A DNA stretch of 64,000 nt from an uncultured delta proteobacterium (lineage in GTDB: Bacteria > Desulfobacterota > Desulfobacteria > Desulfobacterales > JAHEIW01): NCBI GenBank assembly GCA_963706575.1, contig CAVPNL010000005.1, positions 160,001 through 224,000 of the forward strand, written 5' to 3'. The notes beneath the pieces were generated by a model. It did no database searches and was not told the DNA's origin. It saw nothing but the letters and a program-made list of their open reading frames with translations. The position numbers were made by a program, and so were the translations under genes. Below are positions 61,275 through 64,000 of this stretch, in pieces (the first letter of the stretch is position 1; each line of letters begins with the position of its first letter).

Positions 61275-62654
61275 ATGATCCAGAAGGGAATATTGAAAGC
61301 GTTTAAAGAGGCCGTCGGAGCCGATAATGTTTTCAGCGACCCGGCTGATCTGTATACCTATTCCTACGATGCGGCCGTAGTGGATCCGGTCCTGCCGGGA
61401 CTGGCTCTGCGGCCGACTAACGCTGAGGCATTAAGCCGGGTGGTGCGGCTATGCAACGAAAACCGGCTGCCGTTAACCGTTCGGGGTGCCGGCACCAATT
61501 TAAGCGGGGGGACCGTGCCTTCATCCAGCGGGGTGGTGGTTCTCACCAATGCCCTGAATCAGATCCTGGAAATAAACGAAGCGGATATGTATGCCGTGGT
61601 TGAACCGGGGGTGGTAACGGCCAGGCTGGCTGCTGCGGTGGAAGCCCGGGGCCTGTTTTATCCGCCGGACCCCGGCAGTCAGGCGGTCTCAACCCTGGGC
61701 GGAAATGTTGCCGAAAACGCCGGGGGGTTGCGCGGCTTAAAATACGGGGTTACGCGTGATTATGTCATGGGGCTTCAATTTTTTGATGTCAACGGGGAAG
61801 CGGTGACCACCGGATCGCGAACCGTCAAATGTGCAACCGGATATAACCTGACCGGCCTGATGGTGGGCTCGGAGGGCACCCTGGGCGTATTTAGCAAAAT
61901 TACGCTGAAACTCATCCCGTTGCCGGCGCATCAGAAGGCCATGGTGGCGGTGTTTGATCAAATGGAAAAGGCGTCTGAAACCGTCGCGGCCATTATTGCC
62001 GATCATATTGTTCCGGCAACTTTGGAGTTTATGGACAATTTTACCATTCGTGCGGTGGAAGATTACAGCCGGGTGGGGCTTCCCGTGGATGCCGCCGCGC
62101 TTTTGCTGATTGAAGTCGACGGGCATCCGGCCCAGGTCGAAGAAGACGCCCGCAAAGTCGAATCGTTGTGCCGGAAATTGGGGGCAACCTCGATTAAAGT
62201 GGCAGCCGATGCCGCCGAGCGGGACAATGTCTGGGAGGCCAGGCGCAGCGCCCTTTCAGCGCTGGCCAAGTTAAAACCCACCCTGGTTCTGGAAGATGCC
62301 ACCGTGCCCCGAAGCAAAATTCCGGATATGGTACGGGCCATGCAGGACATCAGCCGGCAGTACGGCATTGAAATCGGCACTTTCGGTCATGCCGGAGACG
62401 GCAATCTGCATCCGACGATTCTGACCGACCGCCGCAACAAACAGGAATGGGAAAAGGTGGAAGCGGCAATTGCAGCCATCTTTGACCGCGCGCTGGAACT
62501 GGGCGGCACCCTCTCGGGCGAACACGGAACCGGGATTGCCAAATCCTGTTTTCTGGAAAAAGAAACCAGCCCGGCCACCATTATTTATTCAAAACGCGTG
62601 AAATCGGCGCTGGATCCGAATAATATACTCAACCCCGGTAAAATTATTGGCTAA
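61275..62654 (+). CDS. FAD-linked oxidase GlcD-like (lactate/glycolate dehydrogenase)
   Basis: RGAGTNLSGG, YPPDPGS, ENAGGLRGLKYG, GHAGDGNLH, SGEHG. Confidence 0.92.
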   Translation: MIQKGILKAFKEAVGADNVFSDPADLYTYSYDAAVVDPVLPGLALRPTNAEALSRVVRLCNENRLPLTVRGAGTNLSGGTVPSSSGVVVLTNALNQILEINEADMYAVVEPGVVTARLAAAVEARGLFYPPDPGSQAVSTLGGNVAENAGGLRGLKYGVTRDYVMGLQFFDVNGEAVTTGSRTVKCATGYNLTGLMVGSEGTLGVFSKITLKLIPLPAHQKAMVAVFDQMEKASETVAAIIADHIVPATLEFMDNFTIRAVEDYSRVGLPVDAAALLLIEVDGHPAQVEEDARKVESLCRKLGATSIKVAADAAERDNVWEARRSALSALAKLKPTLVLEDATVPRSKIPDMVRAMQDISRQYGIEIGTFGHAGDGNLHPTILTDRRNKQEWEKVEAAIAAIFDRALELGGTLSGEHGTGIAKSCFLEKETSPATIIYSKRVKSALDPNNILNPGKIIG

Positions 62655-62714
62655 CCAGCAAAATCCTATATTTTGTCCAATAGCGGCGTTACATCGCTTC
62701 AAAAGGCTCACAAA

Positions 62715-62826
62715 AAAATGATCTAAAATGCCTAAAGTTACGGTGTCGCTGCGTTCCATCTTCTATATAAAATGACAGAATTCCTCAACTTTAGGCACTT
62801 TGAATTTTAGTTCATTTTAGGCATTT
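62715..62826. repeat. Imperfect inverted repeat (AAAATGCCTAAAGTT/AACTTTAGGCA)
   Basis: AAAATGATCTAAAATGCCTAAAGTT..AACTTTAGGCACTTT..CATTTTAGGCATTT. Confidence 0.6.
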
Positions 62827-62902
62827 GAAATTTAACTTTATCCTTAAAATGACAAGACACATTATTTTTTCAACACCAAAAAGACAAAACCGGGAATGAT
62901 AA

Positions 62903-64000
62903 ATGGCCGACATGCAGGAAATTGCAAAGCTGATGCGGGAGCTTGAAGATCAGCTGGTGGTTTGCATGCGCTGCGGGTTGTGCCAGGCAGCCTGCCCGGT
63001 TTTTGAGCAAACCGGCCGGGAAGCCGATGTGGCCCGCGGCAAGCTGGCTTTGCTGGACGGACTGATGCAGGAAATGTTCAGCGATCCCCGGGGTGTATAC
63101 GAGCGCCTCAACCGCTGCCTGCTGTGTGGCTCCTGCGCGGCTAACTGCCCCAGCGGCGTTGACGTATTAGAGATTTTTATGAAAGCGCGTGCCATTCTCA
63201 CCGGCTATATGGGGCTCTCAGCGGCGAAAAAATTACTTCTAAGAGGCATGCTGGTACACCCGAAAACGTTTGACCGTCTGGCGCAATGGGGCGCCAGGTT
63301 TCAACAGATCTTTACCCGACCCGTCAATGATCTTTTGGGCACGTCTTGCGCCCGGTTTGTTTCGCCGTTGCTTTCCGAAAGACATTTTGTGCCCCTTGCC
63401 AAAACAGCATTTCACACGAAAATGCCCTCTCTCAGCACGGATGCGGGAGCATCCGGAATAAAAGTGGCCTTTTTTGTCGGCTGTCTTATCGATAAAATTT
63501 TTCCGCAGGTCGCTGAGGCGACTCTTCAGGTATTGAAGCACCATGGGGTGGGGATCTACCTGCCGGAGGCGCAGGGATGCTGCGGGATACCAGCGGCGTC
63601 ATCCGGTGATACAGCGACTTTCAAACGCCTGGTTCAATACAACCTTGAAATATTTGAAGCCGAAAAATTTGATTATCTGGTGACGGCGTGTGCCACCTGC
63701 ACCTCGACCATAAAAGAGATGTGGCCCGTGCTTATTGCAAAAGAGCCGGGGGAGGTCGTTGCCCGTGCAAAACGAATTTCTGCAAAGACGCTTGATATCC
63801 ACCAGTTTTTAGTCGCTAAAGTGGGGCTTAAAAGGATTTATCAGACAAAAACCGAAAATCCCGTAGGTGTGACTTATCACGACCCCTGTCATCTGAAAAA
63901 GGCACTGGGCGTAGCCGCTGAGCCCAGAGCCGTTCTTGAAGCCAACCCGGGCTACGATCTGAAGGAAATGCATCAACCGGATGCGTGCTGCGGAATGGGA
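62903..64000 (+). CDS. GlcF-like Fe-S/CCG subunit, truncated by the window end
   Basis: Own translation from ATG 62903: MADMQE..CMRCGLCQAACP..ARGK..CLLCGSCAANCP..QGCCG..ACATC..YHDPCH..CCGMG. Confidence 0.9.
   Translation, partial: MADMQEIAKLMRELEDQLVVCMRCGLCQAACPVFEQTGREADVARGKLALLDGLMQEMFSDPRGVYERLNRCLLCGSCAANCPSGVDVLEIFMKARAILTGYMGLSAAKKLLLRGMLVHPKTFDRLAQWGARFQQIFTRPVNDLLGTSCARFVSPLLSERHFVPLAKTAFHTKMPSLSTDAGASGIKVAFFVGCLIDKIFPQVAEATLQVLKHHGVGIYLPEAQGCCGIPAASSGDTATFKRLVQYNLEIFEAEKFDYLVTACATCTSTIKEMWPVLIAKEPGEVVARAKRISAKTLDIHQFLVAKVGLKRIYQTKTENPVGVTYHDPCHLKKALGVAAEPRAVLEANPGYDLKEMHQPDACCGMG

Overview
Gene-dense chromosomal window from an anaerobic bacterium. Gene content and repeat style suggest Desulfobacterota/Desulfobacterales (inference). 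No rRNA, tRNA or CRISPR array was seen. About 12 single-base frameshifts in otherwise intact genes point to an unpolished long-read assembly. Blocks in order: (1) 0.1-2.8 kb, L,D-transpeptidase and M15A peptidase. (2) 2.8-14.3 kb, stress/phosphate block with two PiT+DUF47 pairs, three USPs, an orphan ClpX paralogue, patatin, NagD, a CNNM protein, an eRF1-domain-2-like protein, and three near-consensus sigma54 promoters. (3) 14.4-32.5 kb, an apparently self-contained c-di-AMP/ion-homeostasis island: a CdaA-CdaR fusion cyclase, a DacZ-type cyclase, a DHH-DHHA1 phosphoesterase, MgtE, CorA, two CNNM/CorC proteins, a Ca/Na antiporter, an RCK_C-bearing SLC13 permease, and a two-component system with a receiver fused directly to an SLC13 transporter. 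(4) rimB-rimK-M14 module. (5) MarR and a 2-hydroxyacyl-CoA dehydratase pair, divergent from an HMG-CoA-reductase-fold protein whose catalytic motifs are largely replaced and which carries a Zn-ribbon insert; then a hydrolase, SDR, TRAP transporter and acyl-CoA synthetase. (6) Hydroxyacid/lactate catabolism: HOT, corrinoid protein + MtaA, beta-hydroxyacid dehydrogenase, GlcD-like enzymes, LarA, LutABC, GlcD/F. Intergenic DNA is rich in MITE-, REP- and heptamer-hairpin repeats. The best candidates for new biology are the c-di-AMP island with its REC-SLC13 fusion and the repurposed HMGR-fold protein. All calls come from visual motif recognition; no searches were run.
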